From the NCBI GenBank assembly GCA_002269645.1, contig NIVC01000672.1, positions 248,001 to 312,000 on the forward strand: 64,000 nucleotides of DNA. The letters run 5' to 3'. Position numbers and translations under genes: made by a program. The notes below the pieces were generated by a model. It had not been told where the DNA came from. It saw only the letters and a program-made list of their open reading frames with translations, and made no database searches. Below, one piece after another: positions 46,310-59,219 of the stretch. Positions within the stretch are counted from its first letter, which is position 1, and every line of letters starts with the position of its first letter. Source of the stretch: Macrostomum lignano (lineage: Eukaryota).

Positions 46310-46610
46310 GTAGCGAGGGAGTGTAGGGAGAGAGGGAGTGTAGGTAGCGAGGGAGTGTAGGGAGAGAGGGAGTGTAGGGAGAGAGGGAGTGTAGGTAGCG
46401 AGGGAGTGTAGGGAGAGAGGGAGTGTAGGGAGAGAGGGAGTTTAGGGAGAGAGGGAGTGTAGGGAGAGAGGGAGTGTAGGGAGAGAGGGAGTGTAGGGAG
46501 ACAGGGAGTGTAGGGAGAGAGGGAGTGTAGGGAGAGAGGGAGTGTAGGGAGACAGGGAGTGTAGGGAGAGAGGGAGTGCAGGGAGAGAGGGAGTGTAGGG
46601 ATAGAGGGAC
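46310..46610 (+). repeat. 17-bp purine-rich minisatellite GGGAGTGTAGGGAGAGA
   Basis: Tandem units. Confidence 0.94.
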
Positions 46611-46710
46611 AGACGAAATGAGGCGTTGTGAGAGCGGCTCTGGTTGATGTCGAATCGAGGAATTCGCAGGTCGAAGAGCAAAGAGACTGCGCAGGAAATT
46701 TGCACCAAGC

Positions 46711-47220
46711 TTGACGCTTCTATGCAGCATCCATTTCTCGAGACGGTCAACTCCAAGAGAATGGGATGCGGCTGCTGGTGTCGCTTCTGTCACCACCACA
46801 GTTGCCTCAGGTGCTGCTGTCACCAACGCAGTTGCTACAGGTGCTGCTGTCACCACCGCAGTTGCTACAGGTGGTGCTGTCACCACCGCAGATGCTACAG
46901 GTGCTGCTGTCACCACCGCAGATGCTACAGGTGCTGCTGTCACCACCGCAGATGCTACAGGTGCTGCTGTCACCACCGCAGTTGCTACAGGTGCTGCTGT
47001 CACCACCGCAGTAGTTGCTACAGGTGGTGCTGTCACCACCGCAGTTGCTACAGGTGGTGCTGTCACCACCGCAGATGCTACAGGTGCTGCTGTCACCACC
47101 GCAGATGCTACAGGTGCTGCTGTCACCACCGCAGATGCTACAGGTGGTGCTGCTACTACTGAGGCTCCTTTTGCTACTGAAGCGGGTGCCAACGCTGATG
47201 AGGATATGATAAGTGAATGA
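46711..47220 (+). CDS. Possible mucin-like Thr/Ala-rich exon (30-bp TTADATGAAV repeats)
   Basis: Open frame; the one length variant of the repeat is in frame; unique tail TTEAPFATEAGANADEDMISE; no clear start or acceptor. Confidence 0.35.
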   Translation: MTLLCSIHFSRRSTPREWDAAAGVASVTTTVASGAAVTNAVATGAAVTTAVATGGAVTTADATGAAVTTADATGAAVTTADATGAAVTTAVATGAAVTTAVVATGGAVTTAVATGGAVTTADATGAAVTTADATGAAVTTADATGGAATTEAPFATEAGANADEDMISE

Positions 47221-47484
47221 GCAGCATCTATTAGCAATGTCTATAAGCAGGTGGTTATTATAGGCATAGAATTTTTTAATGACTGATTATTTCTTCTTGA
47301 TAATTGCAGTTTCCTTTGCAATGCCTACCTTACACCAGGCCTGCTCCGTTGGCCTCAGTGTAAAGTGAGTTGCCCCATCACCTCCCTTGTGCCCTCCTCT
47401 GTACCGCCCCCTACGTCTCATGCGGGGGGTTAAACCCCGTATGTTGCAGGCTTGGCCTTGCCTGTGTGCAATTACTCTGATTTT

Positions 47485-47947
47485 TTATTGTTTTCTTTCC
47501 CACGGCTTTACCTTCCATTTCTTTTCGAGCTGCTCATTTGAAGCATATTTTGCTTCTATATTTTGATTCGAAGCAAATCTTACCTTTGCTTGAATAATTC
47601 TCTTGACCATACGTCGGGTTAGTCGCTCTTTTATGGCCAAGTCTTGTGTTGGAATTGCGTCAAGCTCTTGTAACATTTGCTCGTCAGCTATATGTTTTTG
47701 AGCAGAGGGGGTCTTCTGAATTTCCTGCTTCTCTATAACGTTTATCGTGTCGATATCCCGCCCAGTCCATAGGGTTTATAGGAAGACTATCGGGTTGCGG
47801 TTGATCCGTTATAGGGTTTAATCTTAATGTTAAATTTGTACCGGGGCCCGTAAAAGAATAACCGGGGAGGTGCAGTGCTCCCCTATGCCTACCGGGTGTG
47901 AAAGGAAGTTTTTTGTGAAATATTTGTAAGTGTGGATTGTAAATCAA
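47485..47947 (-). mobile_element. Polinton/adintovirus-type parvovirus-VP1u-like phospholipase A2 ORF, frameshifted
   Basis: LHLPGYSFTGPGTNLTLRL...PINPMDWAGYRHDKRY, then a shift at T5 47695-47699 into KHIADEQMLQELDAI...ERLTRRMVKRIIQAK. Confidence 0.8.
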
Positions 47948-48827
47948 AGCTGCCAGCTTCAGAAAGCCTTTTCTAGCAGACCACGCGCGCAGTTTAGTAC
48001 GAGCTGATCCGCTTTCACCGCCGGGGTTTTTAAACCATACGGATCGACAAGAGGCAGGAATGACGGGTCAAGTCTCAGGCCCCATTTATAGTGCAGTGTC
48101 TACAGTGCCTATTCTTACATCCTCATAGCATTTTACTGGGCAGTTTCCTGTCTACGTCATTCATGATAAAATAATTGTAATAATTGAGAGATTCAGAAAA
48201 GTATGTAAAACTAGATAAGCGTGACAACAGTTATTTACACGGCAGGTTCATTTTCAATTTAGTGTCTAAGGTTACTCATTACTCATCTACTTTGTCTTGT
48301 GTTAAAAATGAATAGATAGCTGAATGAAAACTGCAAACACGAGCAGCAAGCAGGGTAGAAAAGAAAAAGGTACTCAGGGTTTCAAAAGAGCAAATTATGC
48401 TAATGGTGTGGGCATGCTCACACCAGAAAGATGGGGTTAGTGTATTACTCACTGCCGACAGAGATAGAAAGAAACAAGTGGGGGGGGGTTCTGGTGGGTT
48501 TCTTCCGCTCTTTTTTATGATGCTGGGGCAGAAAATGAACTCGCAAGCAGCTACCCTCTTGTGCATCTTCATATAGCTTAGTGATGTGCGCCACTTCATT
48601 ACTCTTTGTTGAAGATAATAATCAAAGCATTGAAGACACAAAAGACTCGAGCGATTGCGCCGCGGCCAGGCCACAGTCCAAGAAGTAAGACAACCCCATT
48701 GGTTGGCGCATGCAATTTGACACGTCGACTTTCAGCATATACAAAAGAGCTGGAGCTGCAGAAAACAGACATTCAATCCGCAAAACAGAAGCGCTATAAT
48801 GGCTTCTTCTTGCGTCCTATAATAGAG

Positions 48828-49160
48828 AGTCCGGAGCTCCGAATCTCTGGCGCGCAAGAGAAGATTTGCTTTGCCAGCGAAACTTAATTAGTCAGCTTTT
48901 TCACTCGCTCAACTCTCTGTTTATCAGCTAGGATTAAACAGAGCCAGACCACTGCTTGCTAGCGGCCGACTCAGGCAACTGCGTTTTAATTTGAAGAATC
49001 TTTCTCTTCTGCAAGAGTAAATTTTCTGCGTAAGTGAATTTGTGTGCTGGAGAGGATTGCCAATTTTGGTATTGTTTGGTTGAGAACCCAGGTTTCATCT
49101 AGGGATTTAGCTGGCTTCATCCCCAATGAAAAGACAGGGGATGAGAATGACCCCGGTTAT
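48828..49160 (+). promoter_or_regulatory. Putative promoter/non-coding leader exon, paralogous to 58916-59219
   Basis: Clear nucleotide homology between the two regions; conserved GTAAGT donor at 49030. Confidence 0.6.
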
Positions 49161-49773
49161 ATGAAGAGAGTTAGTAGAGATGCAACTATGGTCTTGCGGC
49201 TGCAACCCATGCTGCTAAGAATCCACTGTATTGGTCTGCAGATATTTTTGTAGATATTCTCTTCAATTATTGGCGTCAATCGATTGACTAGCCATTTTGC
49301 TGCACGTTTAGGCTGGCCGGAGATGAGCGAAATAAAGCAATTTTGAAGGAGCTGACCATAAAAATATGGAGGTTAAAGTACCTGGTTTGGAGCTGTAGCA
49401 GAATACTTGAAGGCCATTGAGAAGGAAATTGATGTTGCCTACACAGCCGATATGTGCAGAGTTGAGCGCACCGACTCAAGACACGACATGTGTAATAAAG
49501 AAGGACTTGGATTTGTAATTCGGCTCGGGCTGTTTATAATAGGAACCTGGGGAGACAACTGGGAACATTTTTATTAAAAATTAATTTTTGAGAGGGCGAG
49601 GACCCTGTGCTGATGGTTGAAAGTTGTTGGGATCTGCTCTTGGGGAGCGAGTTGAATGAGGCTTGAAGAAAGCGGGTTGAAAATGGATTATGGGAGGATT
49701 GAGCAAGTAGCAAGTAAAATTAGTTTGTTGGGAAGCTTTAGAGATAGGAAGGTGTTGTTCTACAAGCCTCCTC

Positions 49774-51447
49774 ATGACAAATACTGCAGGTGCCCGGGCG
49801 AGAAGCACCCAGCCGGACTGTGTGACATCTGAGATCAGCCAAAGCAAATCATCTGCCATGAGGAACCGGCGTTTAACCCGCCAAATAATCAACATAGAGT
49901 TTCGGACGCACCGCAGCGAAGGCAGGACCGTAGTCATCAAGGGAAATTTCGGAGATCTTGCTGATGAAGAAGGACTCATTCTTCAACAGGTCGAACATAC
50001 AACCTACCTTTGGCAGGAAAGTATGACGATTCCGCTAGTTGCACACAATGAAAACTGGCGTCTTCAGGGGGATTTGCATCGCAAGCTTAAATTTGGTCTC
50101 GCCTTGCGCAGAAATGAGTATGAGAATCAGGATGAGGAAGAAGACAATCAAGGATTAAGAGATTTAGAACTGAGAGTACAAGACGGTCATTCGTTCATCA
50201 TAGAAGCCGTCTGGAACAGTCCGGTAGTTCGAATCTTTCCTCGCAGAAGTATGGAAATGGTGGAGATTCTATGCCGGGTCACTTTTCAAAACGACGACCC
50301 CAACTGCGTACTGGCAGTGCTCGGCAACTGCGCCAAGCTCGGCAACGGCATCGGCTTGAGCCAAAATAAACTTGAAAGAACTGCCACTCAAGACAAATGG
50401 GAAAGACGACTAAAATTAGAATTGATGCCTGAAGATTCTCGGCTCAAGGTCCCAAATGGTCCTGAATTGGAGGAACTTCGTCTAAGGATTGCAAAAATTA
50501 ATGCCCCAGACCAAGTCGAAAACGGAGGGGAGTTCTCTGTAGCCATATTAAGTGGAACAGAGCAGAAAAAGTTCGACTTGGAGTGCGAATTCGATGGAAA
50601 TCATTGGCTCTGCCCTACGATGACCTTGGATAAAACGCCCCGTGAGCCAATCATGGATCTGCTGGCCAATTCCGTTTATCAGCATCTGCCGCATCTGCCT
50701 CTAAGAGGCAATGCAGAACACGATGTGCGGGGCGACGCTGAAAAGTTCGCAAAATACCTTGTGCCGATCATCAACTTACGAGCCGTAAAGGGCAGCTACA
50801 ATGACAATACAAAAAAAACAAGCGGAGATCCTCCTCAGTTTCACGACATCTGGGGACCAAGGCCTGGGGATGAGGAACGATTCGACGTGAATAATAGTAG
50901 TACTCGTAAGATTGTTCGCAGTGCAATTCAATACGCACAGGAGAGACAAAGAAGAGGCCTGAAAAAGAACAAACAAGCCGTATGCCATAGACTCACTATC
51001 AAATATCATGCTCGAGAAAATGATGTTGTGGACATTTTGAATAGAATTAATCAACAAGATCTAGGTGCCATTCCGCAACAGGACATGCCAAACATACAGT
51101 ACAAAAATGTCCTAATGAGCCTTGCTAAAAGAGTTTGCCGCCCTGAGATCAATGCGCACTGGCTCAGTCTGTTTCGGCACTCCGCCGCCATCGTCCGCGG
51201 TCGCATGGAGGCCGCGCTGGTCAGCAAGGAGTGCGACGTGATGCACAGCGACTGGTACAGTTGCTGGAAGGTGCACATGGAGGTGGCTGCCTGCTGGTTC
51301 GTTTTCATGATGGCTGCCTGGTGGCGGCTCGACAGGGGTGCTGGGAAAAACAACAGAAACTTCAAAGAATCGCTCACGGAACCTGGCAACGAAGTCGAAC
51401 GCGTACCAAATTTTTACCGATGGGGTCCCGTTGAAAATGAGGGTTGA
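49774..51447 (+). CDS. Uncharacterised 557-aa protein with two CBM20-like domains and an unknown C-terminal region
   Basis: Intact ORF with ATG. INIEFRTHRSEGRTVVIKGNFGDL...LWQESMTIP and VEILCRVTF...VLAVLGNCAKLGN...KWERRL fit the CBM20 F-x(n)-G-x(n)-LG-x(n)-W skeleton. Confidence 0.7.
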   Translation: MTNTAGARARSTQPDCVTSEISQSKSSAMRNRRLTRQIINIEFRTHRSEGRTVVIKGNFGDLADEEGLILQQVEHTTYLWQESMTIPLVAHNENWRLQGDLHRKLKFGLALRRNEYENQDEEEDNQGLRDLELRVQDGHSFIIEAVWNSPVVRIFPRRSMEMVEILCRVTFQNDDPNCVLAVLGNCAKLGNGIGLSQNKLERTATQDKWERRLKLELMPEDSRLKVPNGPELEELRLRIAKINAPDQVENGGEFSVAILSGTEQKKFDLECEFDGNHWLCPTMTLDKTPREPIMDLLANSVYQHLPHLPLRGNAEHDVRGDAEKFAKYLVPIINLRAVKGSYNDNTKKTSGDPPQFHDIWGPRPGDEERFDVNNSSTRKIVRSAIQYAQERQRRGLKKNKQAVCHRLTIKYHARENDVVDILNRINQQDLGAIPQQDMPNIQYKNVLMSLAKRVCRPEINAHWLSLFRHSAAIVRGRMEAALVSKECDVMHSDWYSCWKVHMEVAACWFVFMMAAWWRLDRGAGKNNRNFKESLTEPGNEVERVPNFYRWGPVENEG

Positions 51448-51629
51448 TACGAGCGTTTTGGCTGTCTGGTGGAGCCTCGGCAAGGGTGCTGGGCTTAAAA
51501 ACGAAAACTTCAAACAATCGCTGAAGGAACCTGGTGACGAAGTCGAACCAAGTTTTTACCGATGGGTTTGAGAACAGTCTCGGATTATAAAAAACAAAAA
51601 CCATTCTTTAGCAAGAGTTTAATTGACAG

Positions 51630-54352
51630 CGCCACTGTTTATTGCTTCTGTTATCCCATCAGCGCCACTGTTTATTGCTTCTGTTATCCCATCAGCATCA
51701 CTGTTTATTGCTTCTGTTATCCCATCAGTGCCACTGTTTATTGCTTCTGTTATCCCATCAGTGCCACTGTTTATTGCTTCTGTTATCCCATCAGTGCCAC
51801 TGTTTATTGCTTCTGTTATCCCATCACTGCCACTGTTTATTGCTTCTGTTATCCCATCACTGCCACTGTTTATTGCTTCTGTTATCCCATCAGCATCACT
51901 GTTTATTGCTTTTGTTATCCCATCAGTGCCACTGTTTATTGCTTCTGTTATCCCATCAGCATCACTGTTTATTTCTTCTGTTATCCCATCAGTGCCACTG
52001 TTTATTGCTTCTGTTATCCCATCAGTGCCACTGTTTATTGCTTCTGATATCCCATCAGCGCCACTGTTTATTGCTTCTGTTATCCCATCAGCATCACTGT
52101 TTATTGCTTCTGTTATCCCATCACTGCCACTGTTTATTGCTTCTGTTATCCCATCAGCATCACTGTTTATTGCTTCTGTTATCCCATCAGCGCCACTGTT
52201 TATTGCTTCTGTTATCCCCTCACTGCCACTGTTTATTGCTTCTGTTATCCCATCACTGCCACTGTTTATTGCTTCTGTTATCCCATCACTGCCACTGTTT
52301 ATTGCTTCTGTTATCCCATCACTGCCACTGTTTATTGCTTCTGTTATCCCCTCACTGCCACTGTTTATTGCTTCTGTTATCCCATCAGCGCCACTGTTTA
52401 TTGCTTCTGTTATCCCATCAGCGCCACTGTTTATTGCTTCTGTTATCCCATCAGCGCCACTGTTTATTGCTTCTGTTATCCCATCAGTGCCACTGTTTAT
52501 TGCTTCTGTTATCCCATCAGCGCCACTGTTTATTGCTTCTGTTATCCCATCACTGCCACTGTTTATTGCTTCTGTTATCCCATCACTGCCACTGTTTATT
52601 GCTTCTGTTATCCCCTCACTGCCACTGTTTATTGCTTCTGTTATCCCATCACTGCCACTGTTTATTGCTTCTGTTATCCCCTCACTGCCACTGTTTATTG
52701 CTTCTGTTATCCCCTCACTGCCACTGTTTATTGCTTCTGTTATCCCATCAGCGCCACTGTTTATTGCTTCTGTTATCCCATCAGCGCCACTGTTTATTGC
52801 TTCTGTTATCCCCTCACTGCCACTGTTTATTGCTTCTGTTATCCCCTCACTGCCACTGTTTATTGCTTCTGTTATCCCATCAGCGCCACTGTTTATTGCT
52901 TCTGTTATCCCATCAGCGCCACTGTTTATTGCTTCTGTTATCCCATCACTGCCACTGTTTATTGCTTCTGTTATCCCATCAGTGCCACTGTTTATTGCTT
53001 CTGTTATCCCCTCACTGCCACAGTTTATTGCTTCTGTTATCCCATCACTGCCACTGTTTATTGCTTCTGTTATCCCATCAGTGCCACTGTTTATTGCTTC
53101 TGTTATCCCATCAGCATCACTGTTTATTGCTTCTGTTATCCCATCAGTGCCACTGTTTATTGCTTCTGTTATCCCATCACTGCCACTGTTTATTGCTTCT
53201 GTTATCCCCTCACTGCCACTGTTTATTGCTTCTGTTATCCCATCACTGCCACTGTTTATTGCTTCTGTTATCCCCTCACTGCCACTGTTTATTGCTTCTG
53301 TTATCCCCTCACTGCCACAGTTTATTGCTTCTGTTATCCCATCAGCGCCACTGTTTATTGCTTCTGTTATCCCATCAGCGCCACTGTTTATTGCTTCTGT
53401 TATCCCATCAGTGCCACTGTTTATTGCTTCTGTTATCCCATCAGCATCACTGTTTATTGCTTCTGTTATCCCATCAGTGCCACTGTTTATTGCTTCTGTT
53501 ATCCCCTCACTGCCACTGTTTATTGCTTCTGTTATCCCATCAGCGCCACTGTTTATTGCTTCTGTTATCCCATCAGTGCCACTGTTTATTGCTTCTGTTA
53601 TCCCATCAGTGCCACTGTTTATTGCTTCTGTTATCCCATCAGTGCCACTGTTTATTGCTTCTGTTATCCCCTCACTGCCACTGTTTATTGCTTCTGTTAT
53701 CCCATCAGCGCCACTGTTTATTGCTTCTGTTATCCCATCAGTGCCACTGTTTATTGCTTCTGTTATCCCATCAGCATCACTGTTTATTGCTTCTGTTATA
53801 TCATCAGTGCCACTGTTTATTGCTTCTGTTATCCCCTCACTGCCACTGTTTATTGCTTCTGTTATCCCATCAGTGCCACTGTTTATTGCTTCTGTTATCC
53901 CCTCACTGCCACTGTTTATTGCTTCTGTTATCCCATCAGTGCCACTGTTTATTGCTTCTGTTATCCCATCAGCATCACTGTTTATTGCTTCTGTTATATC
54001 ATCAGTGCCACTGTTTATTGCTTCTGTTATCCCCTCACTGCCACTGTTTATTGCTTCTGTTATCCCATCAGTGCCACTGTTTATTGCTTCTGTTATCCCA
54101 TCAGTGCCACTGTTTATTGCTTCTGTTATCCCATCAGTGCCACTGTTTATTGCTTCTGTTATCCCATCAGTGCCACTGTTTATTGCTTCTGTTATCCCAT
54201 CAGTGCCACTGTTTATTGCTTCTGTTATCCCATCAGTGCCACTGTTTATTGCTTCTGTTATCCCATCAGTGCCACTGTTTATTGCTTCTGTTATCCCATC
54301 AGTGCCACTGTTTATTGCTTCTGTTATCCCCTCAGTGCCACTGTTTATTGCT
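51630..54352 (+). repeat. 33-bp minisatellite CCACTGTTTATTGCTTCTGTTATCCCATCAGTG
   Basis: About 82 units with variants. Confidence 0.97.
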
Positions 54353-54457
54353 GAACCTTCGTCCCGGAAAAAAGGGAATTTTGGAAATAAGCGGAAGGAA
54401 GATGGCGGGCTTTTTGAGCCGAATTTCTATAGATGGCAAAAAATTAGTGCTCATGAG
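54353..54457 (+). CDS. Candidate exon fragment encoding a third ...NFYRW module
   Basis: EPSSRKKGNFGNKRKEDGGLFEPNFYRWQKISAHE, followed by a GTAAAT donor at 54458. Confidence 0.4.
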
Positions 54458-55454
54458 GTAAATTTCTTGATCTCGTATATAATACTGATGCTGGCACAGT
54501 GGTAATTCAGTATCCCCTGATGCTGACCCCATTGCGTTATTCAATATCCCATGAGTCTGATGCTGATTCCACTGACTCATTCAGCATCCCGTGATGAGAT
54601 GCAGCTAACCACTTGGATAGAACAAACTGATCCATCCAACCCTAACAAAGGATAACAGATCCCACCATACATCAGATCGAGATATCAGTTCGCTCTAACA
54701 TGAGAATCCTGAAACCAGCTTTAATTAATCAAACTCTTACCTGGAACACCCCTTTATACTCTCTGGCAGTAAACATCTCTGAGATTGCGCATATCAAGTA
54801 AACGGATTGAAAGCAAGCATCTCGTGATTGCGTCATCAGGAAATATTCGTGGAATTCGCCAGCCTTGGTTATTTGGCTCTCCCACTGATAACAGAAGCTC
54901 ATTCCAGAGCCATAGTAGTAGAAGTCTAGAAGACTAAGAACACCCCAAAAATAAAATAGTTTACTTCACCGTGATGAGGGAAGGAGCCCCTATTTGAGTT
55001 GTAGCGTCAAAAATCTCATATATTATACTAGGGCTCTGATGCGGCCCACGAAGCCTTTCTATCCGGCCTTTTGAAACTTCACAATAGCAATCCGGCCCGC
55101 TCAGGGTCACAAGGTCTGTCTCTTCTCAGCTCTCTCTCCTCTCTTCTCTCGTCTCCCTTCTCCTCTATCATCTCCCTCTCCTCTCTCATCTCCCCTCTCC
55201 TCTCTCATCTCCCCTCTCCTCTCTCATCTCCCCTCTCCTCTCTCATCTCCCCTCTCCTCTCTCATCTCCCCTCTCCTCTCTCATCTCCCCTCTCATCTCT
55301 CATCTCCCCTCTCCTCTCTCATCTCCCCTCTCTCCCCTCCTCTCCTCTCTATCCTCTCTCTCCCCTCCTCCCCAGCCCTGACCCCGGTTGGTTGCTGTGG
55401 GCTTTGGGCAAAGTAAAATTGAATATTTATAGTAGTTATTGCAAGCATACGGAG

Positions 55455-55850
55455 CAGTGGGACCTGACATTCTGAGGACTGGGACAGGGACCTGAAATTC
55501 TGAGGACTGGAACAGGGACCTGAAATTCTGAGGACTGGAACAGGGACCTGACATTCTGAGGACTGGAACAGGGACCTGACATTCTGAGGACTGGGACAGG
55601 GACCTGACATTCTGAGGACTGGGACAGGGACCTGACATTCTGAGGACTGGGACAGGGACCTGAAATTCTGAGGACTGGAACAGGGACCTGAAATTCTGAG
55701 GACTGGAACAGGGACCTGACATTCTGAGGACTGGAACAGGGACCTGACATTCTGAGGACTGGAACAGGGACCTGACATTCTGAGGACTGGAACAGGGACT
55801 TGAAATTCTAAGGACTGGAACAGGGACCTGCCATTCTGAGGACTGGGACA
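55455..55850 (+). repeat. 28-bp minisatellite GACATTCTGAGGACTGGAACAGGGACCT
   Basis: About 14 units. Confidence 0.94.
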
Positions 55851-55858
55851 TTATAATA

Positions 55859-56357
55859 CGAGGGTCGGCAAACTCCGGCCCGCGGGCCTCTCTATTCGGC
55901 CATCGGCTCATTTGAAACGTCGCAATTGCAATCTGGCTGCTCTCTCCCCCTCTCTCCTCCTCTCCCCTCGCTCCTCTTCTCTCCCCTGTCCTCCCTCCTT
56001 TGTCGCCCTTCTCTTCTTATCTTATCTTTTCTTACTAGAGGGCCCGTCCCGCTGGCCCTCGCCATGCTGCCCCGGCCGACCGAGCAATCGCGCCGTGGCC
56101 AGGCCCGCACTGCCACTCTAGCAGACTGCCTCATCGCTGACCTGCAGGCGCTGCTGCTGCCTGCCCCTCCCGCCTGTTCTGCGAGCGCGTGCGCGCAAGG
56201 GGCCTCCCCTCTGCGTCTTTCTTATCTTCTCTCATCCAATTCTCTCCTCTCCTCTCTATCTCTCATCTTTTATTCCGTCTCCATTCCTCTCATCTGGCCG
56301 TCAGCCGTGAGCTGGATTCTTCCTCTGGCCCGTGAGGTTAAAAATTTCCGACCCCTG
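55859..56357 (+). mobile_element. Non-autonomous hAT-like (Charlie-type) element
   Basis: 5' end GAGGGTCGGCAAACTCCGGCCCGCGGGCC and 3' end GGCCCGTG...AAATTTCCGACCCCTG form imperfect terminal inverted repeats; no clear TSD. A related partial copy lies at ~55030-55380. Confidence 0.6.
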
Positions 56358-57094
56358 CTCTAAGCACTGGATTCGTTGCATTCGTGCAAGTTGTTTAACT
56401 AAGCTTAACTGAGAATGGCTTGCACTCAATTATCCTGGGTGGCCATCCCAGTTACTACAGCATGTGCCTGCAGCCAATGGCACAGCAGGCGCTGTGAGAC
56501 GCAACTGTGAGGGCTTTAAAATGACAGCACAGCAGCTGGTCTGCCAGTCTGCGGCAGAGTTTGTAATGGAATTTCTATCGCATTTTGCGGTGCAAACAGA
56601 CTGCCTCACGGAGCAGGCAGCAAGGACTACTCAACAACTTTTAGCCGCAATCTTCAAGGGCCTCCCCAATCGCAATCAAAAAGCAGTTTTTGCAACTCTT
56701 TCCCCCAGCTCCAGCCTGCGGCAGGCGACTGCCGATCAGCTGCAGTAGCAGAGCGGCTGGCTTTTGGCCACACAGCCTGGCCTCTCTATCCGTGATGAAG
56801 CTGTGCCTGTCCATGACCTACAAGGCCATCCAGGACATTCGCATGGCCTCTCTATCCGTGATGAAGCTGCGGGGAGCGGCAGCGCCTTCTGTCCTCTGCC
56901 GTTTAGTGCGTTGCGTCAGCCTGCACCCGCTGACGTAACCTATGCAGCCCCGCACCCCCTGTTGCTACAGATGGATTCCCACCATTTTCTATTGGACAAA
57001 GTCACCACAGCTTTGCTTTGATCTTTCTGAAAATATTTTAGTTGTCTGTAAAATATACTTCACACTTCCACTATTCTGAAGCAACTTGTGTCTG

Positions 57095-58580
<1,486 letters not shown>

Positions 58581-58915
58581 TTAGCTATTAAATTTACACC
58601 GGTCTTAACCTGCAGATTGGGACTGGTTTGAAGTGTCTGGTTGGTCTACTCTGTCTTTCGTCACCGAATGAAGAGTTTCTCACGGTAGCTGTTGCAGTTG
58701 GTCATTAGGACAGCAGTACAAATTATAGTGCCTTAAATCTCGGAGTTTTTCTCCATCTGCCGAGCCGTGCCATTTTTTATTATCGAGCTGAAACTTCGGC
58801 ACAGCCAATGCACGCACTCAGCAGAGAAACGCAGCTACCCGAGAACAATGAGAGACTCACGGCCTCTCCTAAGCCTGTTGTACGCGCATGGGGTCTCCCC
58901 TCTGGATATCTTTCT

Positions 58916-59219
58916 GTCCGGAACTCCGAGTCTCTGGCGCGAGAGAAAATTTGCTCAGTCAAGCGATGCTATTTAACTCACTCACTCTGTTTATCAACTA
59001 GGATTGGACAGACCAGCCCACTGCTTGCGAGCGACCGACTCAGACAGCTGCGCCTCAATCTGAACAGAATCTTTTACGTCTGCATTTTCTGCGTAAGTGC
59101 ATTTGTGTGCTGGCAACAGCCAACTCTGGCAGTGTTTGGTTGAGAACCCAGATTTCATCAGGGGATCTGGTTGGCTTAATCCCCAATGGAAAGACAGGGG
59201 ATGAGAATGACCCGGTTAT
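58916..59219 (+). promoter_or_regulatory. Putative promoter/non-coding leader exon of the TPR gene
   Basis: Paralog of 48828-49160; GTAAGT donor at 59093; candidate acceptor TTTCAG at 60171-60176. Confidence 0.6.

Noticed and set aside
48279-48674. 131-aa minus-strand ORF
   Set aside because: No ATG-led coding signature or recognisable motif; AT-rich context.
51623-54505. 960-aa and 939-aa ORFs as genuine proteins
   Set aside because: Almost entirely 33-bp repeat translation; only the last ~35 codons look protein-like (reported separately).
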